From: Takakia lepidozioides
Lineage: Eukaryota > Plantae > Bryophyta
Assembly (NCBI GenBank): GCA_030704615.1
Contig: CM060733.1
Span: 45,322,001-45,386,000, forward strand
Direction: 5' to 3'
DNA: 64,000 nucleotides
Shown piece after piece: positions 36,485-46,604 of this stretch (position 1 is the stretch's first letter; each line of letters starts with the position of its first letter). Made by a program: the position numbers and the translations under genes. Below the pieces are notes generated by a model that ran no database searches, was not told the origin of the DNA, and worked only from the letters and a program-made list of their open reading frames with translations.

Positions 36485-36959
36485 TTGGCTGTCATGTCAG
36501 AGAGTCCAGATGAGGTGCCCATATCCATTCAATGTTAACGGCACCTGCACCGCTATACAACTGTACATACTACACATTCCTCTGAAACATCCCAAAAGCT
36601 ATTACCCAATAATGAACTTTTTCGGATGAGAGGTGGACCCGAACGAATTTCGGTGGATGAGAAACAAATGATTTCCGGAGATATTCATAACGGTTAGATG
36701 GACACGTGTTCGCCATGCATGTGGAATGAGCATGTGGCGCACAGGTCATTTCGAGCGATCATCTTGGTGTGGAAGGCCTTGCAGTGAACCTCCCGTAGCC
36801 ACATTTTTTCCTTATTCTCCTTATTCTCTTTGCAACCCTGGATTCTGCAGAGACGGTGACCCCATCCCGAGGGAAAAGAAAGCGTCGAAGAACACTTTAT
36901 TTCACATCAAACAAGCAAAGGGCATGCGCTAAGGAGAGGATGAGGAAGGCGAGACGGGA

Positions 36960-37272
36960 ACTTAGGTTGATGTCAACGCAAGGTTGATGTCGACCTCCAA
37001 AGTGTATGTTTATGAAGGTGAAACGAAGTAGATGCAGCACTCAAATCAACCTTGCATTGACGCAAGGCTGATATGGATGCCTCTTCTGTTCACTCCCAGC
37101 ATCCGAAGTCACGTGCCATGAACCGCAAGGTAGGGAAAGTTGATTATTTGAAGCCCCCAAAAGAACCTTGCGTCAACGCAAAGCATTTAGCAGGTTTAAT
37201 GGACTGTTCCGGTATGCATTTCAGACTAAGCTACATCCCCATCAATCAACCTTGCGTCAACGCAAGGTTGAT
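36960..37272. repeat. Four copies of the element palindrome around the 5' end and first intron of the cargo gene
   Basis: Cores at 36972, 37056, 37172 and 37256, e.g. AATCAACCTTGCGTCAACGCAAGGTTGAT at 37244-37272. Confidence 0.88.
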
Positions 37273-40200
37273 CCATGGGAGCTCAATCTGTCACTCACAA
37301 GGATATTCATTCTCTGCAGAGGAAAAGAAAAAAGAAATCCGTGGTGGGAGATGCGGCAGTGGCAGAAGGTGATGGTGAGGAAGAGTCATTGAAGACAAGG
37401 CCGATGAGGTTATGGGTGGGCAGAAAGTGAACTCCTCGAAGGTGATTCTGTCGATGGAGGTTCCCGGAGGAAACCTGGTTATCCCACTATGCAAGATGAT
37501 CTCCATGCCCGCGGTTTGACCCGCATTGAGGAACGACATCACGAAGTTGAAGAACGATTTTGTTCACGGCTATGTCAAGGGATCTGTAGTGTTCTATGTA
37601 TCCACTGTGAACACGAAAGGAGAGGAGTGTCTTGTAACAGAGGACATAGAGCAAAGTTGGGATGCATGCTGGCGGGATGTAAACAGGGAGTTCGAGTTCA
37701 AGCTGTCTAGAAAGGCCTCCACCAAAGCGTTTATGGGAAAGATGTTTTTTGTCTGGGATGGGAACCATAGACTGCTTGCCTGGATGGATTACATTTCAAG
37801 CTGGCACTCGGACGAGATCGAATGGCACTGGAGCGTGGTTTCCATGGTACTCGACCACAAAAGACATGTCACACAGCTCTTGACAGCCATGCATGACATA
37901 AACAAGTAAGTTACCAACACTGTTCCCGTTCCGGTCTGCATTTCCACAATGTGAAATCATCTTATGAGTTGAAGGTTTTTCCAGGTCCAATGAAACCTCC
38001 CATGTGACGACCAATCTCTGCCACACACTATTCCGTAGATATCCAGAAGATAGGGCTGATGCCACTGGAGTCATTCACGAACGTGCTCAGTCCTCAGCAG
38101 ATGAAGAGGTGTGCTGAAAAGAAGACAAGCACATGGTACAGCCTGACAAGGGAGGCTTTTCTTGACTACATGTACACGGTAAGCTTCTTGACATCTGTTT
38201 GTTTGCTACTAGTGTAAATTTTATCAAGAAACGCCAGTGTTTGATTCTTTCTCCCTGTAATGTATGTAGCAAGAAATAGCAGAAACTGGTTTGAAGGCGA
38301 AAGCAGAGTACTATGCTTCCCACACAGAAGAGCAGAGGTCTGCAACTAGGCTTGAGGACATTATGAGATTCGAGATGAATAATCAAAGGAAGAACCTCAT
38401 GAGTGCGTTCGATAAACAAATCCGCATAGCAGATCCAAGTCTTGGCATGGAATTTCTGGAGCAGGTGAAAGCACATTATGACAAGTATGGCTCCAAGCCA
38501 GAAATGACCCAAGAGAAACTGCATCGCCTTTCCATTTCAATGGTGGACAATGCAACCAAAATCAGGTGGTTGGAGATCTGGAATTCGGATCCACTTGTGA
38601 GAGACACCAACATGTTCCCAACTCCTGAGAGGGACTCGAAGACACAAGCAATAAAAGTTGTTAGCAACCACACATTCGACCAGTGGCTACACAAAGCAAC
38701 CTTCTGGAGCTAGGTAAGGTTTCCACAAAACCATTCTCAAATGGTTGTGCACATCTGTACTCTCTCCCAAATTCTTATGATCTTTCTTGCTGCAGTTGGA
38801 AAAACGAGCGGTGGCTGCACTTGGGGAGTCAATGGCAGACTACAAAATCCAGATGGCTTGCCCCCGGATCACACTGGAGGCCTATATCAGGAGATGGAAG
38901 CTCGTTGTCTGGAACAACTGCTTCTTTAGGGAGTTTGAGAGAGACAAAAGAATCTCCAGGTCCTACGAATTCAAAAACCAGTACTACAGCGAGCAAGCAA
39001 TAAAACGAGTGTCTGGTACTAGAAATGTATGATTCTGTATTCTTGTGTCATTTTTTCCATGTAGAATTTCGAATATGCAAGTTTTGAGGGAGGTCTGAGG
39101 GGTCTGGACGTGCAACCGAGCAACATTGCATTAACGCAAGCTTGTATCCCGTTGTTTTGGTTTCACTTTCCTGTACCTGGGGTTTCCAATGATGTCGTTT
39201 TCTGCATGTGAAAGGGCAAAAACTGAAAGGCAAATCAACCTTGCGTCAACGCAAGGTTGATGAAGGGCCAGGCTATGTAGGTATTCCTGTATTCTTGGGC
39301 TATTGTTTGCTGTCGTTTCCAGTTCCACTGCTGCCAGGATGAACATAAAGTCTGTTTGGAGTCTGTTGCATGTTGTCTAGAGCTTACACTGTACCCACAA
39401 ACAGCCTTGCGTTGACACAATGTTGTTTGACGGTATTGATTGCTAGAAATGTCACGCAGAAATACCCCGATTTCCATACAATTGTGGGAAAGTTAAGGTT
39501 ATCAAATACCATGGACAGGTGTTTCAGCAGAGGAATTCAACCTTGTGTCAATGCAAGGTTGAATATCCATACCAGCAGATCTTCGGATGGTTGTTTTCTA
39601 GCACTGTTTTCCATTTCCTCTGTTAGTGAAAACAACATTGCGTTGACGCAATGTTGAATTCCGCTTGTCAATCACTGTCTCTTTCAATGCAACATTATCA
39701 TATGTGTATCCGCCAATCTACTTTGCGTCAACGCAAGGTTGATTGGGGATTCCATGTTGTGCATGCGATGGTTTAGGATAATGGGCTTTCCCTCTCATAA
39801 GTGCTAGTTGAAAGTACAGTTCTCCACATTTGGTGTTTTCCATTTCAGCTCGAATCAACATTGCGTCAACGCAAGGTTGATTCGGGCTGGAAAAAGTTAG
39901 TTTCTCCGTGTTACTGAGCTGCATTCCAATACCCTTTTCGTGATGTGTGATGTGTGTCCTGTTCAGATCGAATGATTGTCTGGATTTTGGGTGTGTGTGA
40001 TTCAGGTACATGTATCATGTCCTCGTACCGGGAAAGTACCTTAGCGATGACCCAAACTTCATCTACTCATGGGCTGACCCCTCCAATGACAAGACAATGT
40101 ACACGGCTGGTATTTGCCAGAGACTGGAACAGGGCGCACTTCAGAGACTGTGGGTGGTACCTCGTTCTGTCAAAACAGGACACACCATTCGATGAAGTTG

Positions 40201-42106
40201 TTTTGAGAAACCTTAACGACAACACCGCGGCACTTGCCCCGCTGGCTGACAAAGACATTCAGGACAGAATCATTGCTGCTCTGGCTGCAAAAGAGCCTGA
40301 GTAATCTGCTACTCCAAAACGGAAGGGGAAGATTGTCGGGGATCCGAAGGGGAAGGGGAAGAGGCAGCTCTGCAGGAACAGGGCCCGTCAAAGGTCGCTA
40401 AAAGACAACCTTCTCCAACTAGGAGGGATAGGAGAACAGAAAGGTCGAGGGAGCAGCCTTTCGAGGCGAAAGAACATCCATCCAGGGTTTTGGTCCAGTT
40501 CCATCGTAAGGTGGCGAATGAAAGTTTTCTGGCAATGATGGAATCCAGGAAGTCCACATTCAAAGGGGTACCCTCAAAATCATGGGACATGCTCGTTTCA
40601 TTCCTCACTCAGGTAAGCACATATGTCTTAACTGTGGTATGAATAATTTTGTTTTGGCAACTCGTTCTGGCTTGTCAACGGGATTGATTTCGTGTTGGAT
40701 TTGGATTAGGCTTGTGACACTGTCTCCTGTTTTTTGTTATAGGTCATAAAAAGGCTAGATTGGGTGAATGGAGTTCAGCAGGCATACGCGACTAACCTTG
40801 TGGTGTTGGACATTCCTGACGGTTTTCCTGTCCCTGATGTGTTGCCTTCCGATTCAACCCCCACTTGGAACAAATCGGATTCTCGTTATTGGCAGTGGGT
40901 TTTCTCATTCAACAACAAATTTCTTTCTGACTCGGGGGCTCTTCTTCTCATGCAGTCAAAGGACATGTCGGCACGGAGAACTCTTTTCAGCTACATGAAA
41001 GCTTCCGGGTTTCGTGTCATCAAAACTTGGACATGCATCAACACTTTGCCTCTTACGAAGGGCGAGTTCCTGGGGCAGAAAGTGAGTTGGTTCCTTTGAA
41101 TTAAAGTTTCGTGGTTCTTCAATAAATGTCAAAAGTAGGTTATGTCTTTTGCCTCATGCTCTCTTCGTGATTATTGACAGACTCGGGTGTTCGAAGCTTT
41201 GTGTCTGGTGAGGGTGCGGAAGGACACTCTTCCTCCTGGTATTGCTTGAGTTCCAGTTGAGGGACCTTGCAGCTCACATTGACCCCACCTGCAAGCCTGT
41301 GGAGGATGATGTAATTTCAATTACGTGGACTCGGGTCGAACTACGAAAAGGTCGACTGGTGTCCCTTGGAGAGGTGCCTGGGAGAAATCCCCAGCTTTCA
41401 TGCAGACTTTGGTGGAGACATGCAGCCGACACGGTGGACGAGTGGTTGACTTGTCTATTGGCACAGGTGGGGCCCTGAACACTGTATTTGAAATATGGGC
41501 AGTGAGCTTAGGGAAGCCCTGTTTTAAATTCTCGTTCGTCTTGGATTTGCAGGAGCATCTTTTCATGCGTGCAAAAGCGTCGGAAGGCACTTCTTCGGCA
41601 TGGAGGCTGATACGGAGCTCTTCTCAAGCGAGCTTCATCAGCTTGAGTCGGGCACTACTTCTGCCCCATCCACGGAGGGACTTCTGGAGGAGCCCGAAGC
41701 GCCTGACGAGGATCTCGACATGGACTCCGATTTTGAGCGTGAGTAAATTCGGCTCTTGTCGTGCAAAATATGTTGCATTTCCTTGTGTCATTCCTGTTCG
41801 ACAGATGGTTGCTTATATTGTCTATTTCTGGATGATAACATCTACCACCATTCCTCTTCTTGTTTTCCAGAGTTCGGCACCAGTCATCGAATCAGCAGAC
41901 ACCTTTCGGTTTCCAAGGATACTACATGTCCCCGAGTCCCCCTAGAGCTTACCGCTTGCTGGTTTACGCGGAAGCATGCGCACGGGTGTTGTCCCAACAA
42001 ACAATGTCGCGGAAAAAAAAAACGTCGCGGATGGGCTGCTGTGTTCATAGATGATATTGTTGCAGACTCTCGAAGTGGTTCATCTGAAACCTCCAATAGT
42101 TTTTGA
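37073..42106 (+). pseudogene. Multi-exon ParB/Srx-like domain + beta-class N6-adenine/N4-cytosine DNA methyltransferase fusion (disrupted, ~1000 aa)
   Basis: Exons ~37073-37129, 37320-37905, 37985-38178, 38270-38713, 38796-~39020, 40006-40612, 40743-41081, 41181-41466, 41553-41738, 41871-42106 (small exons may be missed). ParB-like FFVWDGNHRLLAW at 37745-37783. Catalytic-loop-like LVVLDIPDG at 40797-40823 precedes EKSPAFMQTLVETCSRHGGRVVDLSIGTG|ASFHACKSVGRHFFGMEAD (SAM-binding motif I, spliced across 41467-41552). Stops at 37517, 38711 and 40302 plus several frameshifts. Confidence 0.75.
39118..39882. repeat. Seven copies of the element palindrome in the large central intron region of the cargo gene
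   Basis: Cores at 39130, 39245, 39411, 39547, 39642, 39727 and 39865. Confidence 0.9.
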
Positions 42107-42551
42107 GGTTCAAGTACCGAGGCTTAATAAATTGTGTTTTGGTTTTGCTTCCATCCCCAAACTGTTTTTCAAGTTCTTCGCGCGTTCCCGTAAGTACAGT
42201 TAGGGATTGCCTGGGATAGGTCTTGAGATTCCGGCATTGAAAAATGTTTGTGGGTTGGAATGAATGAACTACTTTGCAAAAAAAGGGTTTGCTGTTAATA
42301 TTCAATTCTCTAGCGGGCGATCTCCTCATTCCAAAATCATGTCCTCAATCCTAAACCATCCACAAACCTACCATTGTTCTCGGCCGGAAAGAATATTCAT
42401 GTGGGGGCGATGAAGAGGGTTCAAAAAATAAGGACATAGGCGACAACCAATCCGCGGTAATAGGGGGGGAAAGCACGGAATTAGGGCCTGCACACGTGGA
42501 TGCTTGCTGACGTGGCGTGAGCCTAGCCAGGCTCACGCGCAAGCATTCCCC

Positions 42552-42705
42552 AAAGAAATGTGGTGTCGTGGAGTGCGATGATTGCAGGATATGCATAGCA
42601 AGGGGCGGGATGGAGGCTTTGGAGACCTATGAGCAATTGATGTGCGAAAGGGTGAAGCCCAACCACATCACATTTGTTTGCGTTTGCAATGCTTGTGCGA
42701 GTGTC
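42552..42705 (+). pseudogene. Right part of the PPR pseudogene split by the transposon
   Basis: Resumes RNVVSWSAMIAGYA*QG..GMEALETYEQLMCERVKPNHITFVCVCNACAS directly after the TSD. Confidence 0.85.
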
Positions 42706-43725
42706 TTGCTTCATTCATTGATCTGTGACTTAGCTACTCACACCATCCACCATTTCCCGAAAGTATTGACCATGATGTACTGTTGAGTGCATTTCCTGTG
42801 TCATACAACCACATGAAATGATAGTGGGGTCTACCCGGCATAGGTGGGAAGTCAGCCCATAATTGCACTTGACTGAAGGGGTGATTTTTGACTGATTCTG
42901 GTGACAGTGGATGGAAATCAGAGTGCTGTTCTAATTCTGGGTTTGGGTGGTGGAGCTTCTCCAAAGCTTCAAGATGGAAGTGAATACAAATTTTAATGAG
43001 CTTGATGAGAGGGGCATCCCTGTACACAAGTTTGTTCAGCATCTTAAATTTGGACATGTGTTTGTTTCTCGTGGTGTGGCTTTGGATGGCGCCCTTGATG
43101 AACTTGCATGAATATTGTCAAAAGCTAGCCTTAACCCACCAAGATCCAATCCCATGGTGGATGCTTGAAAGTTCATACAGTGAATGTAAGGGTATTTGGG
43201 TATGTTGTTATTGATTGATGCGGCTTGTGAAAATTGAATGTTGAAATGCAGATCCGCCATTTTTCTTCCAGAAAAAAACAAAACACAAGATCTCTACATG
43301 TACCACCGTGGGGATGACCCAGCCCTTTTTTTGTGAAAAATTGAACATAGTTCTCAGAATTCGTCGTTAGTAGTGCGGAGCAACGCGAAGCCCTAACTAG
43401 TAAATACTTAAAAATTCTATCTGGAAAGAAATGCACCTAAATCTGGAGTGGTTGGTAGGAAAAGCAAAAGAAGGCAGGAAAATACCAGTCCCTCCTTGAC
43501 GACTACGGACTAGGTAACCGGCGAGAGGCCACCGGTTACTGGACATAACAGGCTGTTTTACCTAAGGATTGAGATGACTGGCCATATCCAGTCATTGGAA
43601 CGACCTTCCAGCCATTTTGTGGTACCTAGTACTTGCTACCAGCACGAGTTACGACGTTATTACTTTACTGTCATTTGCAGAGATTGTTCTTTGCACTCTT
43701 TGTTAGCGCGATTGAGGTCATAGCT

Positions 43726-44945
43726 ATGGTGCAGCGACGAGCTAAGCGTCAAGCTAGTTTTGAAGCGCCTACATTTGATCTCATCGTTGAGCCAACTCTG
43801 CCATCAGAAAAACGGACAATCGTTTTTTCAAAGAAGAAGCGGAGTAAGAGTCGTGTGTTATGCGTCGGTGAACCATCACGACCTATGCAATCATCAAATG
43901 ATGCAGATGCAATTTGTGTACCAAAACCAGATTTTGTTGCGCTTGAACCAGATTTTGTGTTGATCGATTCATCTTGGATTGCACATGATCCGGAGGTTGT
44001 TCTAGTGCCTGATCCATTTGTTGTTGCTGGAAAATTGGCAGATCCAGTAGATGTTATCAATGCAGATGACAACGTACCTCTACCTTTACCTAGGAGTGAT
44101 GCTCTTAGTTCTGTTGGTCTCGCTGATTCTTCAAGTTCTGAGGATGAGGATCATAAAGTCGAAGAGTTCATTCTAATTGATCCAAGTACTATTCCTGAGT
44201 ATTTTGAAATGCCCGAAGTGGCTGGAGTTGGAGATCTCTTCACCGATAATCCTCCTCAGATCGATGATGATGACACTGAGCAAGATGTCAATGCAGAGCC
44301 ACGTGAGCCTATCCCTAGTGTAAATTTTATTCCTATTACTGAAGAAGATTACAACAAGATTGTCAATGATCTTAAGCGTCCTAGCGCTAAGAATGAGTCA
44401 TGGGCCGTGAATAAGTTCAATGTGTGGAGAGCTTTCATGAAACTTGATTGTTTTGTCAAGATTGAAGACTTGCCTCTTCAGGAATTTGGACAACTTTTTT
44501 CTCAATTTTTCCTGATGTGTGTAAGGGCAATTCTATTTGCTATTTAACTGCGAGTATAATGAATATGTACCATTCTTTTAACCACTTCTCAAGTCTGCTC
44601 ATGAACAGCGGATAATTCGAACAGGTGTTGTTGAGCGAGAGTTTTGTATGAGAAAACATCCTTATTTTGTGGCAACAAACAAGGCACTGATGGAGGCTAT
44701 GAAGTTGTCCCGCAATGCTAGTGCTAACAAATGAAGGCGGAAAGTAGATGGGATAACTTGGGATGAAGATAAAATGATTTTGTTGCGTGAGCTGCACCAA
44801 GTTACCACTGCTTTAGGATGCCAAATGCGATTTGCTTACTATTGTTTCGTCGTCTTTCTAATTCGGGGCAATATGGAGCTTTACAAGTTGCTTGTCAGTG
44901 ACTTCACAGTTGGAATTGATGAGGAAGGCCGAGCTAATCTGAAGT
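43726..44945 (+). mobile_element. Crypton-like tyrosine recombinase (DUF3504-type) remnant
   Basis: An acidic low-complexity N-terminus is followed by SAKNESWAVNKFNVWR...IEDLPLQEFGQLFSQFF. After frameshifts it reads FVATNKALMEAMK...VDGITWDEDKMIL...LGCQMRFAYYCFVVFLIRGNMELYKL, resembling the core-binding helices and the F-x-(L/I)-R-G-x-x-E first catalytic Arg box of Crypton YRs. Truncated at a GTAAG donor near 44944. Confidence 0.55.
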
Positions 44946-46156
44946 AAGATGTATTTTACAAACATGTCATTGCTGATGAACCCCTGCTCGTGGTTGCCCT
45001 GTGCAGAGCGTATCCGGCTGCAACCATGTCTGATTGCACAAACTTGTGTAGCTCCTGCTCCTCTGCTCCAGTACACCACGGCCTTGTGGCTGAACACCTT
45101 GGTCCCCGGGGCTGTCTTTGGCTGTGTTCCAAGCCTAGCTTTCACCCACTTTGGTATTTCACCTACAGCTGCAGAACTGCTGGCTCCAACAGAGTTCTGA
45201 CTGTCCAAGGCGATATTGAGGCCCTCAATGCCAACTACATCAGTCTGTTGTCTACTGCTAATGCCTGACTCCCAGTATGCAATCAACTCGTCCAACTATT
45301 CTCCACTCAAATCAGTCTGAGTTCCTTGGGAAACATAGATCCTGTCCCCTTGTGTGCACAGGCTAAGAGAAGAGACCTGCCCTTCAATTACGTCCTCATT
45401 TCCCCCAGCCATACAGGGAGTACATCCACAGGTTTGTCTCTCATATAGGCCAGCACAGGTTCTAGAAACAGGATTGTGGATATTTTATGGCACACTCACA
45501 CTCTAAAAATTCCATAGATTTTTAGCAGAGTCCCAAAAACAGAAACCAGGTCTAGGTAGGTAGATTTCCCCTTTCTGCAGCTATCCCCCCAAAAACTGGG
45601 TCAAACAGAGTCCATTTGACAAAGATATGATGAATTTGGCTCCAAATCATTCAAATTAGATTAAAAAAAGCCATTTTTTTCCTTTTTTTTTGAATTTTTA
45701 ACACCAAAACGTTCTCGCCATTAAAAATTGTTTCCAGGTTACCTACGGGTTCCCGAGGCCGTTCCCCTCCAGGTCTATGCAAAATCGAGCTGGTGTCGAA
45801 CAACGCTCAAGTACTGGGGCTGTTAGGTCCTTCTGATCCTCACTGCGATCATGTGTCTTCAGTGCTACTTGCTTCTTCTTGCGTGCTCGCTGCCATGGAC
45901 GCCCTGCATCGTCTCCTCACTATGCCGCACAACGCCATTCCAATGGCTGGGGATGCTTATACATGCGGTATGAGGTCTTTCCCACATGTATTGATGTTTG
46001 TTGGGATTTAATATTCTGAAAGAGGTACTCAGGATTGAAGACCCAAAGTGCTTCTATCTCGCCTCACCAACAGCCGACTCTACTGCCTCCTTGCCTCTTT
46101 GCCGCTTGCCTGTGAAGCTGCACAGCGCGAGGATCGCTGCTGCGCGGGTATCCACC

Positions 46157-46345
46157 ATGTCGCTCATCGCCAACGAAGATTTTCAGCACATTTTGCGAGT
46201 GCTCAACACAAATGTAGATGGACAGCAGAAGATCATGTTCGCTTTGACCTCCATCAAGGGAGTGGGGCGCCGTTTCGCTAACCTGGTCTGCAAGAAGGCG
46301 GACGTCGACACCAGCAAGAGAGCTGGTGAGCTGTCGGGTGCGGAG
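46157..46345 (+). pseudogene. RPS18: 3'-truncated 40S ribosomal protein S18 (uS13) copy
   Basis: [63 protein letters not shown], the first 63 aa of plant RPS18, followed by unrelated sequence with no splice donor. Confidence 0.85.
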
Positions 46346-46475
46346 CCACTTGACCTAAATCCAAGTGTTAAATACAAATAACTAGCTTTATTCTAGCTAG
46401 TTTCACACTGTGCTTATTTAACTTGACAATTGATAGAATGGTTACCCATGTGTCGGCGAAATTGAGCAACACTAA

Positions 46476-46604
46476 TTGGCACAGGATAAGGAGCACCAGC
46501 ATTTGGCACTGGATAGGGAACTCCACCACTTGGCACTGAACAATGAACATCACCATTTGGCACTGGACATGGAACATCCCCATTTGGCATTGGACAGGGA
46601 GCAC
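46476..46604 (-). repeat. 27-bp tandem repeat (about 5 units) encoding PYPVPNG-like nonapeptides
   Basis: TTGGCA(C/T) recurs at 46476, 46503, 46530, 46557 and 46584; an inverted 3-unit copy lies at ~46953-47025. Confidence 0.7.

Larger units (their letters stand above)
34148..42551. mobile_element. Mutator-like (MULE) DNA transposon, 8404 bp, carrying a ParB-methyltransferase cargo gene
   Basis: 9-bp TSD AAAGAAATG at 34139-34147 and 42552-42560. Removing the insert restores GTATGGCTGAAAGAAATGTGGTGTCGTGG, identical to the uninterrupted PPR copy at 33541-33569. Degenerate TIRs share CGCGTGAGCCTGGC 13 bp in from each end. The transposase remnant has GCM-like and SWIM motifs. Confidence 0.85.

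Noticed and set aside
37073-42106. Bacterial or phage contamination as the source of the ParB-methyltransferase
   Set aside because: The gene has GT-AG introns (one splits motif I) and lies within a TSD-bounded insertion in a plant PPR pseudogene.
44975-45780. Coding-like minus-strand segment following the Crypton remnant
   Set aside because: Frameshifted and without any motif I can identify; probably another TE fragment but unassignable.
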